Shown here one piece after another: positions 1 through 9,358 of a DNA stretch of 64,000 nucleotides; positions within the stretch are counted from its first letter, which is position 1, and each line of letters opens with the position of its first letter. Source of the stretch: Pyrinomonadaceae bacterium (GTDB lineage Bacteria > Acidobacteriota > Blastocatellia > Pyrinomonadales > Pyrinomonadaceae). Location: positions 7,736-71,735 of the forward strand of contig JAIBCA010000169.1 in the NCBI GenBank assembly GCA_019694345.1, read 5' to 3'. A program made the translations under genes and the position numbers. The notes beneath the pieces are model-generated. The model saw nothing but the letters and a program-made list of their open reading frames with translations. It was not told where the DNA came from and ran no database searches.

Positions 1-662
1 AGACCGATTACGAAACGTTGGTCACTCCGGAGCGCCGAACAACTGTCCTGTCGGCGATAATGCTGCTGAACCTGCCATTTGCGGCGGGGTTGATCACGGT
101 TCCGATCGCCGCAATAAATGTTTTGGCGGCCTTTTTACTACTCTCGATCTTCTATTCTGCCAAACCCGTTCGTGCAAAGGCCGTTCCGTTCTTGGATTCG
201 GCCTTTAATATTCTCTACATAATGCCCGGTGTCTTTGCCTACGCGTTCGTCACAGGCGGCCTCCCGCCCTGGCAGGCTATCGCCGCCGGCGGCCTCTGGA
301 CGGCCGCAATGCACGCATTCTCAGCTATCCCGGATATCGAAGTGGACCGCAAAGCAGGCTTGGCAACCATCGCGACCACGCTCGGTCGCGGCGGAACGCA
401 TCTTTTTTGCCTCATCGCGTATGTCGCATCCGCCATATTGTCGGTCAGATTCCTCGGGTCGCTGGGCATCATCTTCGGCGCGGTTTATTCACTGATGATG
501 GCCGTCTCGTCATTTAACAGAAACCGGGAGGGCGTTTTCAGCTTGTATCGCTACTTTCCGATCGTAAATGCAGTTGTCGGTTTCTGCCTGTTCTGGTACG
601 TGGCGATCACCAAGTTCCTTTTGTGCGTATTTTTCCCCTGCGATCCGGGCAACCTGAATTGA
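1..662 (+). CDS. UbiA-family prenyltransferase, 5' end outside window
   Basis: The frame is open from nt 3, with no stop before the TTG at 18 used by the ORF track. Very hydrophobic multi-pass protein carrying the second Asp-rich UbiA box (SAIPDIEVDRKAGLATIATTLG). Stop at 660-662. Confidence 0.7.
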   Translation, partial: TDYETLVTPERRTTVLSAIMLLNLPFAAGLITVPIAAINVLAAFLLLSIFYSAKPVRAKAVPFLDSAFNILYIMPGVFAYAFVTGGLPPWQAIAAGGLWTAAMHAFSAIPDIEVDRKAGLATIATTLGRGGTHLFCLIAYVASAILSVRFLGSLGIIFGAVYSLMMAVSSFNRNREGVFSLYRYFPIVNAVVGFCLFWYVAITKFLLCVFFPCDPGNLN

Positions 663-681
663 ACCTTTACTTATCCGTTAC

Positions 682-2184
682 TTATAAGGCCTCTAACGGC
701 CCTGCCGATGTAATTCCGTGCACGCGTTTATAAGCAAGTTCGGCCGAGATGAGGCAGATCTGCGTTCCGATTCCGGGATTTGTCCCGGCACCGGCGTAAT
801 AAAGGCCCTTGACCTTTTTTGAGAAGTTCTTTGGCCGAAATATGGCCGTCTGCATCAAATTATGGGCCAAACCAAGAGCTGAGCCTTTGAACGAATTATA
901 GTCGGCCGCAAAGTTCTCGACCGTGTAGATCCGCTTGTACACGATCTTTTCACGAAGGCCGTCTATCCCCATTTCGGCTTCCATCAGCGACAAAATGCGT
1001 TCCGAGTAGGTGTGCTTTTCTGACTCGGTCATCTTGAGATTTGACGCAATCGGGACAAGCACGAACAGGTTCTCTTTCTCTGCCGGGGCAACACTCGGGT
1101 CAGTCACGCTCGGGGCACAAACGTACAGTGAAGGCTCGTTCGGCAAACACGGATCGTCGTAGATATCGGCAAAATTCTTTCGCCAATCCTCGCTGAAAAG
1201 AAGATTGTGATGAGTGAGGCTCGGCAGCTTTTCGCTGACCCCCAAATACAAGATGAATGCCGACGGAGCCATCACCCTCTTCTGCCAATACCTCTCGCTG
1301 AACGTTCGGTATTTTGGTTCGAGCAGCCTAGTCTCGGTATGGTACATATCGGCGTTCGAGATCACGATGTAGGCTTCAGCAATGTCACCGCTTTCGAGCC
1401 GAACACCTTTCGCCACGCCGTTCGTTACCAGGATCTCCGCGACCGGCGACGAGGTGCGAATCACGGCTCCGTTTTTTTCGGCGATCCGCGCAAGTGCCTT
1501 GATCAGTTCGTAAAATCCGCCCTGCGGGTAGAATACGCCCTGATTGAAATCCATATGCGACATTAGGTTGTAAAGAGCCGGAGCCTCGTACGGCGAGGTG
1601 CCAAGGAACACCATAGTGTATTCCATCACCTGCCTCAGCTTGTGCGACCTGAAGAACCGCGAAACGAACGTGTGCATCCTAGAGAAGACAGATAGCTTTT
1701 GCCCCTCGGTTGCCACGCGTTTGTTCAGGAAATCCCATATGCGGTCGTAGTTCTTGAACATGAAATGCTGCGTCGCTACTTCGTACTGATATTCGCTTTG
1801 TGCGAGGTATTTGCGAAGGTTATCGCCTGCACCTTGTTCGATAGCCTCAAACGCGGCGGCATCGCGCTCGATATCCGAGTGAATGTCGAGTTTGCTCGAA
1901 TCGCTTTGGAAAAATATACGGTAGGATGGATCGAGCCTAACGAGATCCAAGTGGTCCTCGACACGCTCACCCATCAGTTCAAAAAAGTGTGAAAATATGT
2001 CCGGTGCCAGGTACCATGACGGCCCCATGTCGAACTTGAAACCGTCTTGCTCAAATATATTTGCCCGACCGCCAAGGTTCTCGTTTTTTTCAAAGACCTC
2101 GACCTCATAGCCCTTTTTTGCAAAAAGGCCGGCCGTTCCCAGCCCGCCTATCCCCGCACCAATGATAATTACCTTTTTACTCAT
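682..2184 (-). CDS. crtI: phytoene desaturase family FAD oxidoreductase (CrtI-type)
   Basis: N-terminal dinucleotide fold KKVIIIGAGIGGLGTAGLFAKKGYEVEVFEKNENLGGRA, an FDMGPSWY box and a C-terminal GAGTNPGIGT motif, as in bacterial CrtI. I prefer the ATG at 2184; the ORF track uses the GTG at 2190. The start overlaps the crtB stop. CrtI versus CrtD/CrtN subtype cannot be resolved by eye. Confidence 0.75.
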   Translation of the reverse strand: MSKKVIIIGAGIGGLGTAGLFAKKGYEVEVFEKNENLGGRANIFEQDGFKFDMGPSWYLAPDIFSHFFELMGERVEDHLDLVRLDPSYRIFFQSDSSKLDIHSDIERDAAAFEAIEQGAGDNLRKYLAQSEYQYEVATQHFMFKNYDRIWDFLNKRVATEGQKLSVFSRMHTFVSRFFRSHKLRQVMEYTMVFLGTSPYEAPALYNLMSHMDFNQGVFYPQGGFYELIKALARIAEKNGAVIRTSSPVAEILVTNGVAKGVRLESGDIAEAYIVISNADMYHTETRLLEPKYRTFSERYWQKRVMAPSAFILYLGVSEKLPSLTHHNLLFSEDWRKNFADIYDDPCLPNEPSLYVCAPSVTDPSVAPAEKENLFVLVPIASNLKMTESEKHTYSERILSLMEAEMGIDGLREKIVYKRIYTVENFAADYNSFKGSALGLAHNLMQTAIFRPKNFSKKVKGLYYAGAGTNPGIGTQICLISAELAYKRVHGITSAGPLEAL

Positions 2185-3166
2185 AAACACCGGCTAAAGC
2201 CCGGATCGATAGCTTTATTTTCTTAGGCAGATCTGTCCGCACGCGGCCTTTGTAAACGTTGTAACCGGCACGCTCGATCTCCCCAAGGATCGCCTTGTAG
2301 AGGACGTACGAGATCTTCACCGCCAGTCGGCCACGCCAATTAAGCATTTTTATGCCGGGAAAGGCCTGTCGATAAACTCGCTTGTTGCGCTCGATTTGAA
2401 ACTTCATGAACTCGACGAACCTGTCGTCAAATCGCTTGCGGCCGAGATCCGCAGTCTCGAGCCCGAATTGGGCAAGCTCGTCTTGGGGCATATAGACCCG
2501 TCCCAGTTCATCCCAATCTTCTCTAATGTCGCGCAGAAAATTGGTAAGTTGAAAAGCGTACCCGAGTTGGATCGCGTGCGGAAAGGCTTCTGGAGTTGAA
2601 AACCCGACAATACGAGTGACCATCAGGCCAATGACGCCGGCCGAGCCGTACATATATTCCTCGAGTTCGGCGTAGTTGGCGTAGGTCTTCTTGTCCTCGT
2701 CCATGAACATCGACCTGAGAAACGCCTCGCCTTCATCGATCGGTATTTCGTACTTTGTGAATGCGTAAACTATTGCCGACATGACGGCGTCGTCCGAACC
2801 GCCGTTACGCATTGCCCCCAGCCAGGTCTGACGCCACTCCTCAAGCCTTGCCACACGCTGGGCTCTGGTCGAAGTGCCCGGGTCATCGACGATCTCATCG
2901 GGAATACGGGCGAAGGCGTAAACGGCATAGATGCCCTCGCGGGTCTCACGCGGAAAGAACTGGGTTGCAAAGTAAAAGCTCGTGCCATACCGGCGCGTGA
3001 TCGCACGGCATTCTTCAAGTCCGCGAAGAACAAGTTCTGATCTTTCGTTAGCAAGTGGCCTCATTTCGGTCTCAGTCGCTTCGCAATTCACCGCCGCGGC
3101 AGAAGAATATAGCCGGGTCTCGAAAAAATAACCGCGATCGACAAAATACCGTTCGAAAAGATCCAT
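2177..3166 (-). CDS. crtB: phytoene (squalene/phytoene family) synthase
   Basis: Signature YGTSFYFATQFFPRETREGIYAVYAFARIPDEIVDD plus the second Asp-rich region LTNFLRDIREDWD. Sits immediately upstream of crtI and overlaps it. Confidence 0.8.
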   Translation of the reverse strand: MDLFERYFVDRGYFFETRLYSSAAAVNCEATETEMRPLANERSELVLRGLEECRAITRRYGTSFYFATQFFPRETREGIYAVYAFARIPDEIVDDPGTSTRAQRVARLEEWRQTWLGAMRNGGSDDAVMSAIVYAFTKYEIPIDEGEAFLRSMFMDEDKKTYANYAELEEYMYGSAGVIGLMVTRIVGFSTPEAFPHAIQLGYAFQLTNFLRDIREDWDELGRVYMPQDELAQFGLETADLGRKRFDDRFVEFMKFQIERNKRVYRQAFPGIKMLNWRGRLAVKISYVLYKAILGEIERAGYNVYKGRVRTDLPKKIKLSIRALAGVYE

Positions 3167-3191
3167 CGTTCGGATTCAGGGGATAGACGAA

Positions 3192-4142
3192 TTATGCAGA
3201 TGACGCGAGGAAGTCACGGACCATCTTCATGTCCTCCCAGACCTCACGTTTTTTGTGCGGATCGCGGAGCAGGTATGCCGGATGAAATGTAGGCATTACC
3301 TTCGATCCGCGATAGTCGTGAAATTGCCCGCGAAGTTTGCCGATCGGGACCTTTGTGTCGAGGAGATTGTGGGCGGCGGTCGCACCGAGCACGACGATCA
3401 CCCTAGGTTTTACGATCTCGATCTCCCGCAACAGAAATGGCTTACACGCAAACGTTTCATTCGGTTCCGGGGCTCGGTTCTGTGGCGGCCGGCATCGGTT
3501 GATATTGCCAATAAAAACGTCCTTTCTAGGGATTTGGAGACCTTTTTCGATAATATCCGTCAAAAGTTGGCCGGCACGCCCGACAAATGGTTCGCCCTGG
3601 AGGTCTTCGTCAGCACCCGGAGCTTCGCCCACGAACATAAGGTCGGCATTGAAATTACCGACGCTGTTGACAACTTGTTTGCGGCCAAGCGTCGAAAGTT
3701 TGCATCTTGCACAATCCGGGCCGATCTCTTCACGGATCGAGAGAATTGCTGATATATTCGGGTCGTTGGCAAAATTCGTTGTAATTACGGTCATCGGTTC
3801 GTCTGGCACTGCAGCTAAATTTTCTGAAGGCGGTACATTTGTCGTTCTCTTGGGTGAAGGGCGATTTGACAATGATGGCAACATCGACAACCTTGACACG
3901 TTCGTCTGCCTCGTTTCGGCCGTTGTTTCGCTCGAGCGGGCGATCGTCGGTATCACCGAAGCGATCGGCTCGAAAGGCTGAGACGCCGGACGAGTCTCAA
4001 CAGGACGTGACGCCCTCCGTTCAGGCTCGACCGGGACCAGCAAATTTGCATCGATCTCGCTGACACCCAATTCCCGCAGGAATACCACCTGTTCGCGAAT
4101 GTCCGCGATAAGCTCATTCATTTCCCCGTTCTCTGTCATCAA
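3192..4142 (-). CDS. uracil-DNA glycosylase, family 4 (Fe-S type), long N-terminal extension
   Basis: GEAPGADEDLQGEPFVGRAGQLL and HPAYLLR motifs plus a CARCKL cysteine pair typical of family-4 UDG. The first ~115 aa are low-complexity (P/S/T/R-rich). An alternative internal ATG at 3794 would give a canonical ~200-aa protein. Confidence 0.75.
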   Translation of the reverse strand: MMTENGEMNELIADIREQVVFLRELGVSEIDANLLVPVEPERRASRPVETRPASQPFEPIASVIPTIARSSETTAETRQTNVSRLSMLPSLSNRPSPKRTTNVPPSENLAAVPDEPMTVITTNFANDPNISAILSIREEIGPDCARCKLSTLGRKQVVNSVGNFNADLMFVGEAPGADEDLQGEPFVGRAGQLLTDIIEKGLQIPRKDVFIGNINRCRPPQNRAPEPNETFACKPFLLREIEIVKPRVIVVLGATAAHNLLDTKVPIGKLRGQFHDYRGSKVMPTFHPAYLLRDPHKKREVWEDMKMVRDFLASSA

Positions 4143-4178
4143 ATTTAATTAGTATCCGGCGAGATCCAGCAGCATTTC

Positions 4179-5420
4179 TTACGATGTCCGGGCCCTTACA
4201 ACTTCGTCCAATATCCGATCCGCAAGTTCCCTTTTCGACATCAGCGGCATTTCTTTTTGGCCGCCACGCAAAATGATCGTCGCAATGTTTGTGTCAGTGT
4301 TGAATCCGGCCCCTGCTTTGGTAATGTCATTGGCGACAACTATATCGAGTCCCTTTTTTTCCATCTTTGAACGTGCGTACCCGATGACATCGTTCGTCTC
4401 GGCGGCAAATCCAATGACCAAGAGCCCGTCGTGCCGATGCCGCGAAACATCGGCCAGTATGTCAGGCGTCTTTTTTAATTCGAGCGTCATCGAATCGCGG
4501 CCTTCTTTCTTGATCTTGGCATCCGCGGCGTTTGCCGGAGCATAATCAGCTACCGCTGCCGCACCGATAAAGACGCTCGCCTTGGACAATTCATTCATTA
4601 CGGCGTCATGCATTTCTTCGGCCGAGATGCCCTGAACTACTTTCACGTTTGCCGGCGGGTCGACAGTCGTGACGCCGGCAACAACTGTCACGTTCGCACC
4701 TCGTGCGGCGGCAGCTTCGGCAACAGCAAATCCCATTTTCCCGGACGAGTGATTCGATATGAACCTAACCGGATCGATCGCCTCACGCGTCCCGCCCACC
4801 GTTATCAAAAAATGCTCGCCTTTTAGGTCACAAACGTTGGACGAGGACTGATCCTCGCCGGTCTCACCTCTTTCGTCGCACGTCGCCAGAAGCGCCATTG
4901 CCTGTCTGCAAATATTCTCGACGTCTTCCAACTTTCCAGTTCCGACCGTCTTACACGCGAGTTCGCCTTCGACCGGAAGGACAAAATGGACGCCGTCCTT
5001 TCGAAGCCGTTCGACGTTTCGCTGCGTCGCCGCTTGGTCCCACATTGTCGTATTCATCGCCGGAGCGATCATCACCGGAGCCGTCGTCGCCAGGTAAGTT
5101 GACGAGAGAAAATCGTCTGCGACCCCGTTGGCGAATTTGGCGATAATATTCGCCGTCGCCGGGACGATCAGCAGCAGGTCGATATTCTGCGAGAAATTGA
5201 TGTGTGCTATAGGATCAGGATTTTGCGGGTCGTAATCATCGACGATCACATGCTTGTCGGTCAAAGCTCGAAACGTCAGCGGCTGTACGAACTCGGTCGC
5301 ATGCCTGGTCATAGCCACGCTGACATCACAGCCCGACTTCTGCAACGCACGCATCACCTCGACGGCCTTATAAGCCGCGATCCCGCCCGAGACGCCTAGT
5401 CCAACGCGATATTTCGCCAT
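4179..5420 (-). CDS. coaBC: bifunctional phosphopantothenoylcysteine decarboxylase / phosphopantothenate-cysteine ligase
   Basis: N-terminal flavoprotein domain (GVSGGIAAYKAVEVMRALQKSG, PAMNTTMW) and C-terminal DFP domain (ISNHSSGKMGFAVAEAAAARGANVTVVAG). 413 aa. Confidence 0.9.
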   Translation of the reverse strand: MAKYRVGLGVSGGIAAYKAVEVMRALQKSGCDVSVAMTRHATEFVQPLTFRALTDKHVIVDDYDPQNPDPIAHINFSQNIDLLLIVPATANIIAKFANGVADDFLSSTYLATTAPVMIAPAMNTTMWDQAATQRNVERLRKDGVHFVLPVEGELACKTVGTGKLEDVENICRQAMALLATCDERGETGEDQSSSNVCDLKGEHFLITVGGTREAIDPVRFISNHSSGKMGFAVAEAAAARGANVTVVAGVTTVDPPANVKVVQGISAEEMHDAVMNELSKASVFIGAAAVADYAPANAADAKIKKEGRDSMTLELKKTPDILADVSRHRHDGLLVIGFAAETNDVIGYARSKMEKKGLDIVVANDITKAGAGFNTDTNIATIILRGGQKEMPLMSKRELADRILDEVVRARTS

Positions 5421-5476
5421 AGCGTTATTCTATATCAACTGTTGTAAAATGATATAAACGTGCGAGGCGTACATTT

Positions 5477-5611
5477 ATGAAGTTCGATTACATCGTGATC
5501 CTGGTGATAATGGCCGTTGCGAGCTATTTCCTCTTTATCCGTAAACCTAAAGCAAAGCCTACATCCGACGTGGAGGCAGATCACGGAAAATCAGATCCGG
5601 ACGCTTCTTGA
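5477..5611 (+). CDS. hypothetical 44-aa single-pass membrane peptide (below the ORF-track cut-off)
   Basis: ATG at 5477, TGA at 5609-5611. Translation MKFDYIVILVIMAVASYFLFIRKPKAKPTSDVEADHGKSDPDAS is one hydrophobic helix followed by a charged tail. The stop lies 3 nt before the NUDIX ATG (TGAtcaATG). No homology evidence. Confidence 0.3.
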   Translation: MKFDYIVILVIMAVASYFLFIRKPKAKPTSDVEADHGKSDPDAS

Positions 5612-5614
5612 TCA

Positions 5615-6148
5615 ATGAAACCTCAAACCCTCGCCTCGGAGACGATCCTCAAAGGTAGAATATTCGATATCCGCATCGATTCGATCCGCGAAGGCGATGT
5701 CGAATATGAGCGTGAGATCGTTGTCCATAAAGGAAGTGCGGTCATCGTGCCCATCTTTGACGATATGACCGTCGGGCTTGTCAGGCAGTATCGCCACGCG
5801 GCCGGGAAATATTTGCTCGAGGTGCCCGCGGGTTCTTTGGAGGCGGGCGAAGACCCACTTGCCGGAGCGATCAGAGAACTGGAAGAAGAAATTGGCGTGG
5901 TCGCCTCTAGGGTCGAACTGCTCACCGAGTTTTTTGTTTCTCCCGGTTTTTTGACCGAGAAGATGTTCGTCTATCTCGCGACCGGATTGACCGAAACGGC
6001 TCAAAACCTCGACGGTGACGAGATCATTGCCATCGAACGTCTTCCGCTGAAACTGGCCATCGAGATGTCCCGAAACGGCCGGATCGAAGACGCCAAGACC
6101 ATCGTCGGGCTCACATTGGCCGGCTCTAAGTTGGGCATCGAACCATAA
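5615..6148 (+). CDS. NUDIX hydrolase (ADP-ribose pyrophosphatase-like)
   Basis: Canonical Nudix box GSLEAGEDPLAGAIRELEEEIGV. 177 aa. Confidence 0.85.
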   Translation: MKPQTLASETILKGRIFDIRIDSIREGDVEYEREIVVHKGSAVIVPIFDDMTVGLVRQYRHAAGKYLLEVPAGSLEAGEDPLAGAIRELEEEIGVVASRVELLTEFFVSPGFLTEKMFVYLATGLTETAQNLDGDEIIAIERLPLKLAIEMSRNGRIEDAKTIVGLTLAGSKLGIEP

Positions 6149-6178
6149 GCAGTCTGCCAAACACAGGAATCCGAACTG

Positions 6179-8215
6179 CTACTCGACACGCAATATCGAG
6201 GAGGTCGGGACGGCTCCGGCCACTCCGTACGTCCCAACCGATTGAAAAGGATACACGGTCAGCCACCACGAATTATTGGACGGACGGAACATTGCCAGAT
6301 CCGCTACAAAATCACCGTCAAAATCGCCTACCTGCACCATGTCGCCCGGCGAACCGAACTGATAGTACGATGCCGCCCCGCTCGAACTTCGCAAGATGTA
6401 CGCGAAACCGTTGGACCCACGGTGGACAGTGATATCAGCCCGGCCATCGCCATCGTAATCGGCCGGAATTGGCGTATCGGTGCTAATGCCCCATGGTGCA
6501 ATAATGGAATTTGCGTCCGAACTTTTGTACACGTACCAGACGCCGGTCGACGGACGGTAAACCGCGACATCAGCCTTTTGATCACCGTCAAAATCAGCGG
6601 GTACCGGCTTATCGCCGTCTGCTCCCCAGTGCATTGCCGAGAATTGCTGCGTGCCCATGTGCCATAGATACCAATTGCCTTCCGAGGGACGAAATACAGC
6701 GATGTCGCTGATCGTATCGCCATCAAAATCGGCTGCGATCGGCTTGTCGCCCGGCAGTCCGAACTTAAAAACGAACCAAACCAGATCCGAACTTCGCCTG
6801 ATGTACCAATACCCGGTGCTGTTTCGAAACACCGCCCTGTCAGTAATACCATCGCCGTCAAAATCGCCGGGAATGGGGATATCGCCAAAACTGCCGAGCC
6901 CCCAGTTGACGAACGCCGGTTGATTGGTCGGATTGTTCGTCGAGATGATGTATGAATCTCCCGTCGCCGGGTTCCAATAGCTCAAATGGGAAATGCCCGT
7001 ACCATCGACATCCACGATTCGCGGCTGCCCGGGCTTGGTACACACGTTTTTCAAGACCGTGATACTAGACATATCATTTAGTAGCGGCCGCGAGTTTGTT
7101 ATCCCGCTGTTCGCCTGGACAAGATCTACCTTTCCATCACCGTCAAGATCGGCTTGAAGCGACCGCAGCCCGGTATAACGGGTGAATCGGTGAGCTAGGT
7201 CTTGGCGCGTCAGGTTTCCGGCACCGTCGTTGATGTAAACCACCTTCTTGTCCTGATAACGGTATGTAAACACTATGTCCGGCGCCGAGTTGCCGCCGAA
7301 GTTGCCGATGGAGACATTACCCTGAACGCTCGTATCGGCGGTAATGACGTAGTCCGAACGGATAAATCCCGAGCCGGTCGAGGTGAAGATCGCAAAATTC
7401 GGCGTCGACGAAAGACTAACTATCAGAAGGTCAGACTTTCCATCGGCGTTAAGATCGTCCACGGAACCGACAACCTCGTTGAAACTGAACATCGAGCTGA
7501 AATCTATCGGCGTGAAGGTCATATCGCCATTGTTAAGATAAATATTGCGGTCACTGCTAACGTAATCGCGCTTGCCGTCGCCGTTATAATCACCTCCGTA
7601 ACCCGTTCCACCACTGTTGATCGCAACCGGTGTGGCAAATGTGCCGTCCCCGTTACCGAGACTGTATCTGATCTGGCCGCCGTTCCACATTGCGCCGACA
7701 TAATCAGTCTTCCCGTCGCCGTTAAGGTCGGCAAAATCTATCGGCCGGCCGCGTCCTGAGGCACTCACGGCCGGCAATGCCGTGAAGGTGCCGTCGCCGT
7801 TGTTGAGATAGATCAGCATTGAAGTAGGGTCGGTCGAGTAGTAACTAAAGGCCACGATATCAGGAAGAGTGTCCGCGTTTATCCTGGCAATGGCGTAATT
7901 GTCGCTGAAGGTTGCCGGAGCATCGATCGCGATCGGCGTCCCAAAGGTCCCATCACCGTTACCCGGACTAATGAGGATCCTCTCGCGGGTCGAGTCGGTC
8001 CCCGAAACATCCTGTGAGAAGAACAGATCGGTCTTACCATCGTTGTTCACGTCCGCCGATCTATCGAGATATATCCTTGAGTAAGGGATCTGCTGCGTAT
8101 TGATCGGGCGAAGGTAAACGCCGCACTGTCCGGATGCGGTCCCGGCCGCGGTTCCGATGGCGACGACGGATGAAATTAACACAAAAAGCTTTATAGTACG
8201 TGATCTGACTCTCAT
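6179..8215 (-). CDS. secreted FG-GAP/VCBS-repeat protein
   Basis: Signal-like N-terminus MRVRSRTIKLFVLISSVVAIGTAAGTASGQ, preceded by GGAG 4 nt upstream of the ATG at 8215 (the ORF track extends to 8269). N-terminal half has repeated D-x-N-x-DGK-x-D calcium-type loops (DVNNDGKTDL, DLNGDGKTDY, DYNGDGKRDY, DLNADGKSDL, DLDGDGKVDL). C-terminal half has five D[FY]DGD...FRPS.G.W[YW] repeats. Confidence 0.8.
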   Translation of the reverse strand: MRVRSRTIKLFVLISSVVAIGTAAGTASGQCGVYLRPINTQQIPYSRIYLDRSADVNNDGKTDLFFSQDVSGTDSTRERILISPGNGDGTFGTPIAIDAPATFSDNYAIARINADTLPDIVAFSYYSTDPTSMLIYLNNGDGTFTALPAVSASGRGRPIDFADLNGDGKTDYVGAMWNGGQIRYSLGNGDGTFATPVAINSGGTGYGGDYNGDGKRDYVSSDRNIYLNNGDMTFTPIDFSSMFSFNEVVGSVDDLNADGKSDLLIVSLSSTPNFAIFTSTGSGFIRSDYVITADTSVQGNVSIGNFGGNSAPDIVFTYRYQDKKVVYINDGAGNLTRQDLAHRFTRYTGLRSLQADLDGDGKVDLVQANSGITNSRPLLNDMSSITVLKNVCTKPGQPRIVDVDGTGISHLSYWNPATGDSYIISTNNPTNQPAFVNWGLGSFGDIPIPGDFDGDGITDRAVFRNSTGYWYIRRSSDLVWFVFKFGLPGDKPIAADFDGDTISDIAVFRPSEGNWYLWHMGTQQFSAMHWGADGDKPVPADFDGDQKADVAVYRPSTGVWYVYKSSDANSIIAPWGISTDTPIPADYDGDGRADITVHRGSNGFAYILRSSSGAASYYQFGSPGDMVQVGDFDGDFVADLAMFRPSNNSWWLTVYPFQSVGTYGVAGAVPTSSILRVE

Positions 8216-8375
8216 AAAACTCCGCAGTTCTGATGACCGGTAGACTGGCGATAATGCGATCTGGTTCAATTACTATTGTACATCCTTTTTTAGGGCATTT
8301 ACCGGTTTTGTTGATCGTGAGTTTCTTGCCTGCCGCCTGATGACCTGCTCCGGCCCGCAAGTTTGCATTTCTGGC

Positions 8376-8404
8376 TTGACCTCTTTGTAGCTTTTCGATA
8401 TTCT
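8376..8404 (+). promoter_or_regulatory. candidate sigma70-type promoter of rplM-rpsI
   Basis: TTGACC (8376-8381), a 17-nt spacer, then TATTCT (8399-8404), about 45 nt upstream of the rplM ATG. Pattern match only. Confidence 0.35.
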
Positions 8405-8448
8405 ATGCGTTCGCAATTTTGCGGATATTTCTCTTAGTGTGTGCAATT

Positions 8449-8883
8449 ATGAGTACTTATTTTCCGAGTGGTAAGGGATTGGCTGAAAATCGCAAGTGGC
8501 TGGTAGTCGATGCGAAAGGCAAAACTGTCGGTCGGCTAGCAACCGAGGTTGCCAGGATCTTGTCGGGTAAGAACAACCCGGCCTGGACGCCCTTCATGGA
8601 CATGGGCGACCATTGCGTTGTGATCAACGCCAGCGAAGCCATCTTTACCGGCTCGAAGGACGCTCAAAAGGTCTATTACCGTCACACCCTTTATCCGGGT
8701 GGCCTGCGCGAAACGACCGTCAAGGAGATGTTCGAGAAGAAGCCCGAAAAGGTGATCGAACTCGCGGTCAAGGGCATGTTGCCGAAAACGAAACTCGGCC
8801 GCGCCATGTTCAAAAAATTGAAGGTTTACGCCAACGCTGAACATAAACACACGGCGCAGAAACCAGAGGCGATCGAAATATAG
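8449..8883 (+). CDS. rplM: 50S ribosomal protein L13
   Basis: [41 protein letters not shown] aligns with the L13 N-terminus. The ORF-track TTG at 8419 adds 10 atypical residues. Confidence 0.92.
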   Translation: MSTYFPSGKGLAENRKWLVVDAKGKTVGRLATEVARILSGKNNPAWTPFMDMGDHCVVINASEAIFTGSKDAQKVYYRHTLYPGGLRETTVKEMFEKKPEKVIELAVKGMLPKTKLGRAMFKKLKVYANAEHKHTAQKPEAIEI

Positions 8884-8952
8884 AATCATGAACGTCGAAT
8901 ATTGACCGCCCCTTAAGGGTCAGTCGTCGATAGCCACCGTTCGAAACTTTTT

Positions 8953-9345
8953 ATGGCAGATATACAGTATTACGGCACCGGCCGCAGAAAAACCTCGACA
9001 GCACGCGTTTACCTCAGACCGGGCAGCGGCAAGATCGTCGTCAACAAACGCGATTTTCACGCCTACTTCCCTAACGAAGCACTGCAAATGATCATTCGCC
9101 AGCCGCTCCGGCTCACGGAAACCGCAGAGCAGTTCGACATTTTGGTAAATGTTGACGGCGGCGGCACTGCCGGACAGGCAGGAGCGGTCCGACATGGCAT
9201 TACCCGTGCCTTAATGGAATACAACGCAGACCTTCGTCCGTCTTTGAAGAAGGCCGGCCTGGTCACCCGCGACCCGCGACAGAAAGAGCGTAAGAAATAT
9301 GGTCAGAAGGGGGCCCGTAAGCGATTCCAGTTCTCGAAGAGATAA
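8953..9345 (+). CDS. rpsI: 30S ribosomal protein S9
   Basis: [26 protein letters not shown] ... C-terminal [18 protein letters not shown], a typical S9. Directly downstream of rplM. Confidence 0.95.
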   Translation: MADIQYYGTGRRKTSTARVYLRPGSGKIVVNKRDFHAYFPNEALQMIIRQPLRLTETAEQFDILVNVDGGGTAGQAGAVRHGITRALMEYNADLRPSLKKAGLVTRDPRQKERKKYGQKGARKRFQFSKR

Positions 9346-9358
9346 TTGTTCGTCCAGT

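Noticed and set aside
5612-6160. A 182-aa minus-strand ORF almost exactly coextensive with the NUDIX gene, which could be read as a possible overlapping antisense gene.
   Set aside because: The plus strand carries a textbook Nudix box. The antisense product is a D/R/G/F/L-rich shadow-type sequence with no motif. Long stop-free antisense frames are expected in GC-biased coding DNA.
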